Source: a virus
Length of the DNA stretch: 64,000 nt
IMG/VR virus record: IMGVR_UViG_3300021425_000005
Strand: one strand, 5' to 3'
Numbering within the stretch: the first letter of the stretch is position 1; every line of letters starts with the position of its first letter. The notes below the pieces were generated by a model, which saw only the letters and a program-made list of their open reading frames with translations, ran no database searches and was not told the DNA's origin. A program made the position numbers and the translations under genes. Of the stretch, positions 9,194 to 20,600 are shown one piece after another.

Positions 9194-9884
9194 TCAAGCC
9201 TTAATGACACTAGGTCAGATGATGATGATTCCAGCTTTTTGGTTTTTGCTTACACACGAACACAATTTGTATGGTCTTATAAGTGCATTTGTATTGAGCT
9301 ATCTATTTGGCGGTATCGGATTTGCTGTGAGTGCTCACCGATACTTTACACATAGATCGTTTAAAGTATCACCTATGAAAGAGAAGATTTTATCAGTGTT
9401 TACTGTCCTCGGGACTTGGCTAAGTCCAGCCGAATGGGCGTTTACTCATTGGCATCACCATAAACATTCAGACACAGAACAAGATGTGCACAGTTCTAAA
9501 CATCTAGGTATAAAGAATTGGTTTTTTTATTTCCATAGAACAGATGGTGTTGAACCAACACACACGGTAGCCAGATTAATGACAAAAAAATGGCATAAGT
9601 TCTTGTATGCATATAAGCATGTTATTATACTTACATACGCTGCAATTACATTTATGTTGGGATATCAATGGTTCTTCTACTTGTTTATTATACCGACTGC
9701 ATATTCTTTTTTCTCACAAATTGTAACAGTAAATAATCATGTAAATGGTGAGCCAAAAGATAGTTGGATACAAAACATTTTAACATTCGGTGAGGGTTAT
9801 CATGCACATCACCACAAATACCCTAAAGATTATGAGAAAGGCTTTTTCATAAAAGCTGCAGTGGATATTATAAAAGATGCTTAA
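9180..9884 (+). CDS. Membrane fatty-acid desaturase (delta-9/DesC-like)
   Basis: His boxes HRYFTH, HWHHHKHSD, GEGYHAHHH; several hydrophobic segments. Confidence 0.85.
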   Translation: MLKFNQALMTLGQMMMIPAFWFLLTHEHNLYGLISAFVLSYLFGGIGFAVSAHRYFTHRSFKVSPMKEKILSVFTVLGTWLSPAEWAFTHWHHHKHSDTEQDVHSSKHLGIKNWFFYFHRTDGVEPTHTVARLMTKKWHKFLYAYKHVIILTYAAITFMLGYQWFFYLFIIPTAYSFFSQIVTVNNHVNGEPKDSWIQNILTFGEGYHAHHHKYPKDYEKGFFIKAAVDIIKDA

Positions 9885-10545
9885 ATCAAATTTTCTAAAA
9901 AACTACAAGTTTTGGGGCGAGGCTCTCTATTTTATTGAGAAAAAAGCACCCCATAAACTCTCAGATTTAAGACAATGTTTTGAAGCTAATCACGTAGAAG
10001 CAGCTGAATGGCTTGTTACTGAATTGCAAAAGAATATTGATAATTGCGCAAGACAAGAGAAGTTAAAAGTTCTTGTTCTCAACTCTTGGCTTGGTATCCC
10101 ACTTGTCCCTCTGTTGTCCGAGAACATCGATATTGGAGAAATTCATTTAGTCGATCTTGACAAAGAGTCATTGGATTTATCCAAACTTTTTCACAAACAC
10201 TATTCTCAAGAAAGATTTATCAAGATGAGGCATCATTGTCTTGATATACCATTCGCATTCGAAGAATTAAATAAGATTGACGCCGATATTGTAATCGCAA
10301 TTAACACTGAACAAATGTATCCATTGGCTGAGTTAGAAACTCGTAACCCAATGGCATTATTCGCTTGTCAGAATAGTAATGTAATTGAAGAAATGTATGG
10401 TATTAACTGTGTTAATTCGATCGAAGATCTTAAAAAACAGATAGGTTTAGATGAAACATATTATGAGGGTCAGATTGAACAAACTTATTACTCTTGGGAT
10501 GGTCAAAAGAAATACGATCGTTATATGGTAATCGGATCTAAGTAA
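9877..10545 (+). CDS. Class I SAM methyltransferase-like protein with degenerate motif I
   Basis: Colinear with 52481..53098 (INTEQM, QNSN, NCVNSIE, RYMVIG) but VLNSWLG replaces FGGWYG. Confidence 0.55.
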   Translation: MLKSNFLKNYKFWGEALYFIEKKAPHKLSDLRQCFEANHVEAAEWLVTELQKNIDNCARQEKLKVLVLNSWLGIPLVPLLSENIDIGEIHLVDLDKESLDLSKLFHKHYSQERFIKMRHHCLDIPFAFEELNKIDADIVIAINTEQMYPLAELETRNPMALFACQNSNVIEEMYGINCVNSIEDLKKQIGLDETYYEGQIEQTYYSWDGQKKYDRYMVIGSK

Positions 10546-11146
10546 TATCCTCAATCATCATTTTCCACATATCTTCGTCTGGAATAACAAACCCCAATGT
10601 AATTCTTGGACCACCACCAGCACAATGCCAATATGGATTATCTTGTCCGCCATAGTAACCAACTTTGGCTGACCAACCCTTCCAATCTGGTAATGTTGTA
10701 ATTATTTCTCCGTCCCAATATTGAAAATACCCATCCCCTGTATTATAATTCAAAAGAATATTATATCCAGGAACATCCCAGTTATTGTGCCAACCCATGT
10801 ATCCATCTTCAGGATAATACACATGAACAGCACTTTGTCTTGCACCAAGAAACTTTACTAACTCATCATTGAATCTAGCCGACTCATCTTTAAACTTTTG
10901 TGGACATCTGCTTCCTGGACCAAAGTGAGCATTCCTAATAACTTCAGGTGGACCAGCGTGTTCACCTTCTTTTCTTCCCATAGGTTTAGTGAGCATCTCT
11001 TGTAGATAGCCATATGACTGCGAGTGTTCTCTATCAGAATCACCGCGCTGATCAATATACAGCTCAGACAAATCTTGATCAAAAAACCAATCACTATGTT
11101 GGTTTAGAATTTCAAGAATCTCATCATTTAGATCGATAAATCTCAC
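10538..11146 (-). CDS. Cupin/2OG-Fe(II) oxygenase-like protein
   Basis: YYPEDGYMGWHNN..YWHCAG..RITLG, a double-stranded beta-helix His pattern. Confidence 0.55.
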   Translation of the reverse strand: MRFIDLNDEILEILNQHSDWFFDQDLSELYIDQRGDSDREHSQSYGYLQEMLTKPMGRKEGEHAGPPEVIRNAHFGPGSRCPQKFKDESARFNDELVKFLGARQSAVHVYYPEDGYMGWHNNWDVPGYNILLNYNTGDGYFQYWDGEIITTLPDWKGWSAKVGYYGGQDNPYWHCAGGGPRITLGFVIPDEDMWKMMIEDIT

Positions 11147-11840
11147 TTACTCTTACTTTCTCTTTTGGTATTGTATAGTGAAAAACTACAGTTTCTGTAT
11201 CTTGAAGTTCATCGCTTTTATAACCACAAACAAAGTTCCACCTTGCGTCAGGTTGCGGGAATTCCCCAACCTTTAAATCAAAGTTACCATTATTTAGTAG
11301 GTTCCACATAGTAAATGTATCCCATTTGCGAACCTCCTCGGGATATGGAGTCGGATCCCAAGAAGGTGATTGTTGCTCAATATACCAATCATACCAACTA
11401 TCCATGAGTTGTTTGGTTGTAGAGGTTTTATATAGGAACAATCCACAATGATAAATCATTTCTTCAGTTTCTGATAGCTTTGTTATTTTTGCATTATAGG
11501 GGCGGTTTCTTGTGAACAAGATATCGTTGTCCCCCAGCAAATCAAAAACAGTTGAAATATCTTCATGTTCTATCATTGTGTCGCAATCGAGATACAAAGT
11601 CACATCATACGGTGACTTCGATAATGCCCAGAGTTTGGCTCTTATATGAATGGGAACATCATCTGTTATAATATTCTCAAAAATATCCCGAGCATCATCA
11701 TCAACCCAATCATCATGAGTAAACAAAGTTATTTTTGCTTCGGGATAAAAGTCCAGTAGAGACTGTGCTGATGTTTTGGCTGCTTCAAAAAATGCTTTAT
11801 TTACTGAAGCAACATAAACATAACCATTATTCTGTGTCAT
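11124..11840 (-). CDS. GT8-like glycosyltransferase
   Basis: SAQSLLDF, KLWALSKSPYDVTLYLDCD, HCGLFLY, RWN, HYT. Confidence 0.7.
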   Translation of the reverse strand: MTQNNGYVYVASVNKAFFEAAKTSAQSLLDFYPEAKITLFTHDDWVDDDARDIFENIITDDVPIHIRAKLWALSKSPYDVTLYLDCDTMIEHEDISTVFDLLGDNDILFTRNRPYNAKITKLSETEEMIYHCGLFLYKTSTTKQLMDSWYDWYIEQQSPSWDPTPYPEEVRKWDTFTMWNLLNNGNFDLKVGEFPQPDARWNFVCGYKSDELQDTETVVFHYTIPKEKVRVSEIYRSK

Positions 11841-12264
11841 CTGCCAATGCTTCCTGAATTAGCAGGGTTGCATAGGCATGAACTTCGATCGGCGTTTTAG
11901 ATTTTCTCAAACGCTTTTTAAGTTCTCTGTTTTGTGATTGTTTGATTTCTTCGATCTCAAAGGCTTCGAGTTTCATATTAAAAAGGATTTCTTGTTTATG
12001 TCTAGCTTGATCAGCTAAAGCTCTTTCCTTATCAATCTTTTCTTGTTCAGCTCGTTCAGCTTTGTGTTCTTCAGTTAGGCGATTAATTTCTTCTTCGCCA
12101 TACATTTCTAACACAGCATCAAAATCAGGGTTGACACCATCGGCTGCTACAATATGCGCTACAGCATATTCTCCGTTACCTTGAAGCATACGGCAAACAA
12201 TATGATTATTAGACTTATCCTGCCAAATCGGATCTTTGTATTTCGGAAGGGTTTCTTCGGACAT
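11827..12264 (-). CDS. Hypothetical protein, possible fibre assembly chaperone
   Basis: Charged helical C-terminus; lies directly downstream of a fibre-like gene. Confidence 0.5.
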   Translation of the reverse strand: MSEETLPKYKDPIWQDKSNNHIVCRMLQGNGEYAVAHIVAADGVNPDFDAVLEMYGEEEINRLTEEHKAERAEQEKIDKERALADQARHKQEILFNMKLEAFEIEEIKQSQNRELKKRLRKSKTPIEVHAYATLLIQEALADDTE

Positions 12265-12300
12265 TATATAAACTCCATAATATAAAATAATGTATAGTAT

Positions 12301-13380
12301 TTAGGCGATACGAACGAACAGTTTTTTCGACTCTTGTGTTGAAGATGTTGAGATGACAGTCACGCCATTATAATAACCAACATAGCTACCAGAATATGAA
12401 CCAGTATAGTTACCAGTATAAGATCCAGAATATGTGCCAGAATAGTTACCAGTGTAAGATGGTCCAAGAAAACCAGAATATGATGGACGATATGTCCCTG
12501 CATATGTCCCAGTATAGTTACCAGTATAAGAACCTGCATATGTCCCAGAATAAGAACCTGTGTATGTTCCAGCGTAGGCATATGTGGCTGTATTTTTAAG
12601 CTGATCAGTGAGTGTTTCACCCATCTGTTGCCAAGTGCCAGTTCCAGGAGCAGCTGTATCAACAACATATTTGCCGATATTGTTGGCAGCAATACGGTTG
12701 CGGAAACGACCTTCTAAATCTTCAATAAACGCATCCGTATATTCTTTAAAAGAAGTGAAATTAGCAGTATTAACAAGTGTTCTGTTTGTTGTAGTTGAGG
12801 GAACAGTTGTTGCAGCTGTCTTTTGCCAAAGAGTTTTAGTCACATCTGTGCCATCAACCTGCGTATCTGTAATAGTTCCTCTTGCTGTCCAAGTTCCACC
12901 TGAGGGTGCTGAACCAGAAAGATAGTATTGACCACAAGTATTTGCATCTTGATCAACCATTGCTTTAATACAAGGATCAATTACTTCTGAATCAATTTGA
13001 GCATCAGTTGATTCACTTAAATCACTATCAACTGATCCAGTGCTAGCAGTTCTAACTGGGCGAACAGTTTTACCATCAGTAGCAGTAGCAGTTCCTTGTG
13101 AGAATGTATAAACTGTGGATGAAAAATCATTAGGGTCTACTGGGTGTGTTCCCACAGCATTATTCATTTCACGGTTTGTAAATGTGCCGATTGATGTGAA
13201 GTTTGCTGGTGCACCAGATGTTCCAACTTGTAAAGAACCAACAGAAGTTGTTTGTGCAAATTTAGTTGTAAGTTTATTTGCAGTGTAATTTTTAATTTCT
13301 GCATCTGTAAGCTCTTGAAGACCAACAGCACCATTGGCAAGTGTTTCGCTTGGAGCTTTAATTTTTACTGGACCAGCCAT
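12301..13380 (-). CDS. Virion protein with C-terminal Y-x-G-x repeats
   Basis: Thr-rich; duplicated APxxGTW motif; about 16 YxG units. Confidence 0.7.
   Translation of the reverse strand: MAGPVKIKAPSETLANGAVGLQELTDAEIKNYTANKLTTKFAQTTSVGSLQVGTSGAPANFTSIGTFTNREMNNAVGTHPVDPNDFSSTVYTFSQGTATATDGKTVRPVRTASTGSVDSDLSESTDAQIDSEVIDPCIKAMVDQDANTCGQYYLSGSAPSGGTWTARGTITDTQVDGTDVTKTLWQKTAATTVPSTTTNRTLVNTANFTSFKEYTDAFIEDLEGRFRNRIAANNIGKYVVDTAAPGTGTWQQMGETLTDQLKNTATYAYAGTYTGSYSGTYAGSYTGNYTGTYAGTYRPSYSGFLGPSYTGNYSGTYSGSYTGNYTGSYSGSYVGYYNGVTVISTSSTQESKKLFVRIA
12364..12583 (-). repeat. 12-bp coding tandem repeat (Y-[STA]-G-[STN])
   Basis: ccagtatagtta, ccagaatatgtg, ccagtataagat units. Confidence 0.85.
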
Positions 13381-13391
13381 GTATTTTCACC

Positions 13392-14435
13392 TTAATTGAG
13401 TAGAGTGCCACTTGAATTGTATATTGCGATCGGACGTTGGATTTCCCAGTCAGTAGAATTTGAACATACTAGAATCATTGATGAACGAGCAGCCAATGTT
13501 TTCGCGGCGTTAGCTGAACCACCATCAATTGTATCAGAAGTATTTGGATATACTTTAATATTGGCTGAAGTGTTATTGTAAATTTCAACTTTAAGACCAG
13601 CAACAGCAGATTTCAGTTTAACACCTTGGTTAGAGGAGGCAGTTGTCACTACATTGACAGTTTCAGTAAGAGCAACGGCGTCGCCTTGTGTCGAACCAGC
13701 AGCTGTAATTGAAGCAGTAATGCCATATTTCAGATCGCCTGAAAGTGTTGTGGTTCCAGTAACGCTCAAGTCACCAGCAGTGGTAATGTCACCGTCAGTT
13801 CCAACTGTGAAATTTGAACCATTCACATCAATACCACCATCAAGAGAAGAGAGGCTATCTACAGTTAATGTTCCAGAAGTGTCGATATTACCTGAAGTGT
13901 TAGCGACAGTAAATGCACCATCAACATCAATACCGCCATCAAGGGAAGCAAGACCAGATGCGTCAATAGTTGTAGCAACTACGGCATCGCCTTCGTCAGT
14001 TGATTGCCACTGAGTAGCAGACACAGCAACGAAGTCACGACCCTTTTCTGGACCAAGCGACAAAGCAGCATTGGCACTAAGGTCATTGATTGATTCGTTG
14101 GTGTATGGATAAATTTTAATCGTAGCAGTCGTTGAGTTAAAGATTGTAACCCTTGTGCCAGCCGAAGCGTCAGGGAGTTGAACACCTTGGTTTGTTGTAG
14201 CAGTATTTACGATATTGTAAGTTTTTGTGAGGACTGTAGCAGTTCCTTGCGTAGTGCCAGCAGCAGTAACAGAGGCATCAACACCAACGATAAAACGACC
14301 CGATACCGTAATATCATCAACGGTGATGTCATCTCCACTCTCAAACTTATCTGTATTGAGGTTTGTGAAGTTTGTGTCCACCTCAGTGTTAGTGAGTGGA
14401 GAGCCTTTACCTGAACGAGTTGTAAGTGTTGACAT
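13392..14435 (-). CDS. Fibre/baseplate-attached protein with a duplicated domain
   Basis: KGSPLTNTEVDTNFTNLN attachment motif; two copies of TAAGxTQG..NQGVxL..IKxYP. Confidence 0.7.
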   Translation of the reverse strand: MSTLTTRSGKGSPLTNTEVDTNFTNLNTDKFESGDDITVDDITVSGRFIVGVDASVTAAGTTQGTATVLTKTYNIVNTATTNQGVQLPDASAGTRVTIFNSTTATIKIYPYTNESINDLSANAALSLGPEKGRDFVAVSATQWQSTDEGDAVVATTIDASGLASLDGGIDVDGAFTVANTSGNIDTSGTLTVDSLSSLDGGIDVNGSNFTVGTDGDITTAGDLSVTGTTTLSGDLKYGITASITAAGSTQGDAVALTETVNVVTTASSNQGVKLKSAVAGLKVEIYNNTSANIKVYPNTSDTIDGGSANAAKTLAARSSMILVCSNSTDWEIQRPIAIYNSSGTLLN

Positions 14436-14440
14436 TTTTC

Positions 14441-14644
14441 TTACCTATTCTTTAGAATTACTTGCAGGGCTTCTTTTATATCAGCCAAGTCTTGTTTTAA
14501 ACTATTTATATCATCACAAACTTCATCAATCTTTCTGGATTGATTTTTTTTCGCTTTATATGCTGCTAAACCAGAATAATCAGTGCTGATCAGTGCATTC
14601 GTAGCATCATCTCTTTTATATTTATCTGTAAAAAACTCACTCAT
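14441..14644 (-). CDS. Small coiled-coil hypothetical protein
   Basis: RDDATNALISTD..INSLKQDLADIKEAL; follows the large structural gene. Confidence 0.65.
   Translation of the reverse strand: MSEFFTDKYKRDDATNALISTDYSGLAAYKAKKNQSRKIDEVCDDINSLKQDLADIKEALQVILKNR
14503..14510 (-). promoter_or_regulatory. Late promoter TATAAATA
   Basis: Exact consensus about 70 nt upstream of the 14435 start. Confidence 0.6.
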
Positions 14645-14645
14645 T

Positions 14646-17600
14646 TTAGACCTGCAGTGCGATTGCCCTCAAGTTTTTCAAACGAGGAACATTAGATGTG
14701 TTTTCAGTTAACATCACGATTTTAACGGCAAACTCTTTAAATTCGGTGTAAGTTGTTGCACCGAGAGTTGCAGTAGCAGTGGCACTAGAACCACCGCCGC
14801 CTGTGATCGTAATCGTAGGAGCAGCCGAACCAGTTTCATATCTTCCTGGATCAGTAATTACGATCTCACTCACTGCACCAGCACTCAAAACTGCATAGCC
14901 TTTTGCTTGACGGATAGCTGTCCCACCAGTAAATGTTACTGTTGGAGCAGAAGTATAACCAGAACCCCCAGCTGTCACGGAAGTTGCATCAACTCTATCA
15001 ACACTGTATGAGAGGACATCATCGCCATTAAGGTTAGCATTAGCTATTTGATATTCGTATTCAATGAATTTAGTTTGGCTCAACCCAGAATTATCAGGTG
15101 TGCTGACAAGAGATAATTCAAACCAGTCAAGTTCGTTACGGAAGTCAGCATCATCTTCAGCAGCAAGAAACTTACCATAAACCTTAACCTCTGAACCAAT
15201 AGGAGTTTGTTGATCGAGATAAACTCTCAAATCTTGTGATTCTTGTCCATCAGCAAGTTTCACACGCTTAGAAATATATTTTGAAAGCGCATTACCACTA
15301 TTTTGTGAATCTTCATTAGTTGAATCATTATTCACATTATTTTTAGTTGTGATGAAACCACAGCGAGATAAATCAATCACAGGACTGATAAACTCAGAAG
15401 TTGAAGATAGAGTCGCCTGATTATTAAAAGATTTGTCACTACTTAGATCAGCATCTTCGTTAGATTTAGAATAAACAGCATATTCCTTAGTTGTTATTTG
15501 CTTCTCACCTTTTACAAGTTTGCGACTTGTTGTTCCTTTAGAAGAAACGCCAGTTGATTGCGTTCCATCATATTGATGAGAAATGGTTGTTTTAGGTAAG
15601 ACCAATTCACCAAAGTTAAGGAGGATTGAGTTATAGATTTTATTTTCGATGGCTGACAAAGTTCCTTGTGTCGTCCCATTTGAAATGATATCAGAAACAT
15701 CAAAATCTGATTTTGTCAACTGTGTTCTAGCAACATCAAACAGTTTGGAATAGCGTTCAATAGATCCTGTTTTAGTGACGATATCAAAAGTAGCACTTGT
15801 GCCAGCACCTGTTGTTGCTGATTGTGTGATTGCAGTTCCATCTGCTGTGTAACCAGAACCCATGCTGTCAATTTCAAAACCAGTAATAACTCCAGATGAT
15901 TCAGTTGTTACTTTTACCTTCAAGCCAGTTCCATTACCGAAACCAGTAAGAGTAATAATATCATTTACAGCGTGACCAGAACCACCGCTATTAATTGTGA
16001 TGTCAAAGGCATGGAGGGAATCACCAGCTTTAAACGCACCAGAAGTAAAGTCAGTCATCTTAAGATAATCAATTGGTCCATTAGTGAATTTAGCAATGCC
16101 ATTAGTTCCTGTTGTAAATCTACAACGATAGATTCTATGCATCAAGTCTTCAGCTTGGAAAGCATTCCAAGTTCTGTTATTAGCAGAAATAAACAGGATA
16201 CCAGATGATACATCCTCAGCAACGATACGCTCAGTTGTTCCGACTTTGTTCTTACCGAGTTCAGAAACCCAAACTTCATAGTCAGGACTGTTGGCTTGTG
16301 GAAGAGTTACAATACAATACTCACGACCACCCTCAAGGAATAATGGTGAATCAAAGGTAACTTGCGTCGCTGCAAAAGTTACTGTTCCGTCGCCAGCCTC
16401 TGTTGAAACATTCACATCAGATGGTGAAAGATATTTGCTGCCGTAAGGGACAATCCGAGATCCTGGATACCCATTGACAACTTCACGGATTTGAATCGTG
16501 ATGCCATCAGTCGATGATTTCTTGCGGAAATAAAGATCAATAGCAGGGCAGAACATACCATCTTCTTGAGTAATCAAGAATGTTTGCGCGACTGGGTCAT
16601 ATGTTGTAGCTTCGAAGTCAACATTAACATTTGATGTAATATCTTCAACACGAACATCCGTAACAAGGTTAGCAATTGTTTGTGGATCGCCCTGAATAGT
16701 GTCAGTCGCGAATGACGGAACTTGTGTAGAAGTTATAACACCTTGTGAGACAGCATCAAGACCGAAAGAAGTGAAGGTTGCATCACAAGAAGATGTAGTG
16801 AAATCATCTCTATTCAAGCTATCATCAGTGAGGCGAAGAACCTTTTCGCCAATACGGAAAGTTGATTCTGGGATACGGAACTGAGCAGCTAAACGACCTT
16901 CAGAGTCAGTTACCAGTGCATCACCATAATCATTAGTCGTTTCATTGAAATCTGACCAGAAGTTAGCAACCCCTGATGAAAGAGCAGAGGTAAATGTAGA
17001 ATAAGTCAATGGACGAGTGTGTTCTGCAACATCATCACCATCGAAATATGCATACATTCTTGTATTTGGCTTCAAGCGAGTAGCATGGAATGTTACATTT
17101 TGACTTCTCATGAAAGGAGAAAACCCAATGTCAATAATACGGTCGCCAAAGTTTTCAGTAACAACATCATTGCCAGTAGATTCAATTGTTAACACATCAA
17201 CTGCTTGTTGTAAATCATCAGATTCTACTGTTTGTTCAAAAGATGCATCGAACTGGACGCCACCAGTGAATTCAACTTGACCCCTAATACCGCCCATATC
17301 TTGGAATGTATCTGAACCGCCAAATGCCACATCTTGTGGGTCATTAGAAGGAGTCCCTGTCATAGATGTTTCAATACCATTTACGATACCAGCATTATTC
17401 AAGTTATCAGCAAATTGCTCTAGTGCCTGACCAATAGCATTCTGTTCAACAACAATATCGCCGCCATCTTCCATCGCAACAAAGTTATCAGATTGTGGAT
17501 AGAGCTCAAGGTCTCCTTTATAATTAAATAACAACGCACCAATACAGTTACGAGATTTAGAAGCGTTGATGTTTCTTTGATTGTCTACCAAAGTATAAGG

Positions 17601-20600
17601 TAATGTTAAGAGATTGCCTGTTTTCTGAACACCAGTAGAGTTTACACTGTCATAAATCACATCGATCTGTTCTTCATAGAAGTTAGTCGTCAAGTATTTG
17701 CGTTGTGTATCTACAGCAGCATTAAAGTCTGGATCTCTAAGATTACTTAGCTTGTGATCAGCGAAGTTGTTGATGAAAATACCATTCTTAAATCTATCAA
17801 GACCACTAGCATCGGTAATAGTTAAGTTAGCAGTATCTTTCTCAAGCATATTGAGTGATGTGTAATATTCAAGGCGATTAATTCTTTTTTCAATCGCGCC
17901 AATATCAGCCATTGTAAAGCGTTTATTTTGTCTCAAAGATACATTACAGGAATAATCTTTTCTGTTACTGATGCGACCAATATATGGAGACAAAGAAGGA
18001 TATGGAGGGATATTAATTGTAGCCAATTCCATAACTGTTACAGGTGTTACAGGAGCGCGTGGTCCAATTCTTGAAGCACCTTGCAATACTTCGATATTAC
18101 CCTTCTCTGATAAAACAACTTTGTCAATTCTTGGGAGATAGTATTCTGCATCAGTCGTATATGATTCAGTTGGAATAGGCATCTCATACCCACCTGAAAT
18201 AGATTTCAATTGGAATGTTTCAAGTGGGTTTTCTGAAGCACCAGCCATAGTCGTCGCGCTTGTAGCAGTATTTTCTACATAAGGACGGAAGTCGATACAG
18301 TCTCTCAGGTCGAAAGAACCGAGTTTTTGAGAACGATAAACTGGGATTTGATATGTATAAATGCCAGAAGCACCAGTGTCATCAACAGGATATGAGTCAA
18401 CCGCAAAATAAGAACCAACTGAACCACCATAGTTAGGATCAAAATGAGACAATTTAACAACAATATATTTGGATGTTGTAGAAATAGTGGCACTTGGTTT
18501 CTTTATGAGTTTAGAGTGACCATAGAAGTTATCTGTTTGACCGTTATCAAGAATAAACTGTGATTTGTAGTCAGTTCCAGATTCCGAATATGCAGAACCA
18601 TCAACATAAACTGCTTCAATTTCATAAACATCTGTGAGACCCAAATTCCATGGACCAACAGCACCTTCTTCATTTGTAGATGTATCAATTTTTACATAAC
18701 GAGAGTTCAAAGCGTTTTTAGGTGTTGGAGTGACATCAGTCTGTTTGACTTTTACTTTAATTGTAGCATCAGTTGCAGCACTGAGAGTTGTGCCGACATC
18801 AATATTAACAGCTGTATTACTGATAGAAGTAATCATTGCTGAGGTCAGGCGGAATGGCTCACCAGCTTTATAGGTTGTAGCATCGATGGTAACATCAGCA
18901 TGCCAAACCATATAAAACTCTGTGTCCAACTGTGTTTGAGTTGGAGTAGAAGAATATGGGAAGGTTTCAGTTCCAGTAACAGTAAGTGTTGATGTGCCAG
19001 AGGTTGTAAATTCTACTGTGAAATCTTTTTGATAGGTGTAGTTATTATCATATGTGCCACCTGTATCCGTTGCCAAAGTTTTTGCAGCACGGTATGGTGA
19101 ACGAAAAACAAGAGTGTTTTGTTTTGCTTCTTTGAGAACAGCTTTACTGCTTTCCAATACTGGATCTGCAAAGCCGTTAATATTCGAGTCATTATGATAA
19201 ATTGTTCTAATATTAGCAAACTCACCAGCAGTCATACGAATGTCATAGAGATACAGACGATATTGACAAGCTGCGTCACCGATTGTTCCACTATCGTAGC
19301 GAACCTGACGAACACGAGCTTGACCGATAATGGTTGATGGAGCAGCATGAATAGAATATGTTCCATCTGTGGCGGCGTCTGATGCTGTATCGCCAAACTT
19401 AACAACTGCACCCTCCTTCAAATTCCAATTACCAGCAACTTCGTCAACAAGAACATAGTTACCATAAGATGTCGATGTAGTGAAACCTTCTTCGATAACT
19501 GTATCATTCGCTTTTTCAACTTTTACATAAGTTGGTGACAAAAACTCGCGACGATAACCATTCACATAAGCAAGACCGCGACCAACGCCGACAGCGATAT
19601 GATCAGCAGAACCTCCATTAGCAGAAGTCAAATAACCTCTATTTTCTGCTGTTTTCAGGTGTTCGCGGACTGTGACCTCGAAGTTACGAATTACATAATT
19701 ACCGCTTTCTTCTTTAGTTCTTGAAGCTAGTGTAGCACCGAGTTTGTTATAAAAATCTAGATCGCCAACATCGTCACCGCGTGAAAGCCTGCCATCTTCA
19801 ACTGTATAAAGAGAAACAAAATCAGAATTATTTGTTTCTGTGAGACCAAGTTTCGCAATGGTTGTTGAAACTTTATAACGATCAGCTCCTGGAGCATTGA
19901 AGTTAAATGTTCCTGTTGCTGGGTCGTTGAGTGTTGAGTCATCGTCAGCAGTAACCTTAGAATCAGTAAAAGTAACACCGACATAAGCGTTAGCTGTCAA
20001 CTTATATTTCTCAAGTGTGATTTCTTGTTGGTCGTGATAAACAAAGTAACCATTGATATAAAGGATACCATCTTCAATCACAAAGTCAAGACCTTTACCG
20101 AAATAATTACGAGTAGGGTCATTAGCGTCAACACCATTATCAACAACAAATGTATCGCCATTACGACCTGAATCTGTTGATGTCACTGTCAGAGTTTCGC
20201 CAGCCTCAAAGTGCAGATAAGCTCCTGTAGAACTACCTTGAATATAGTCGAGATAAAGAGTTTTCTTATCAACGGCATCAGTATCGAGACCAGTAGCGGT
20301 TTTAGAAATTTTAGCTGTTAAACCTGAAGTTCCGCCTGTAACTGTATCACCAATATAATTTTCAAGGGTATCATTAGAAACTGTAGCTGAAGCAGCGTCC
20401 AAGTCGTTAATTTTAATGAAATCGCGCTTGAGAATAGTGCCGTTTGCACCCTTAACTCTCGCGCCGTCCTTAAACATGTGATCAGCAAAGTTTTCAATAC
20501 TATCCTGCAGCATTGTTTGCAGCTGTGTTAGCTCTCTGGCTTGAACAGCAACTCCTGGTTTAAACAGGATACGAGCAAACTTTTTTGCTTCATCAAAGTT

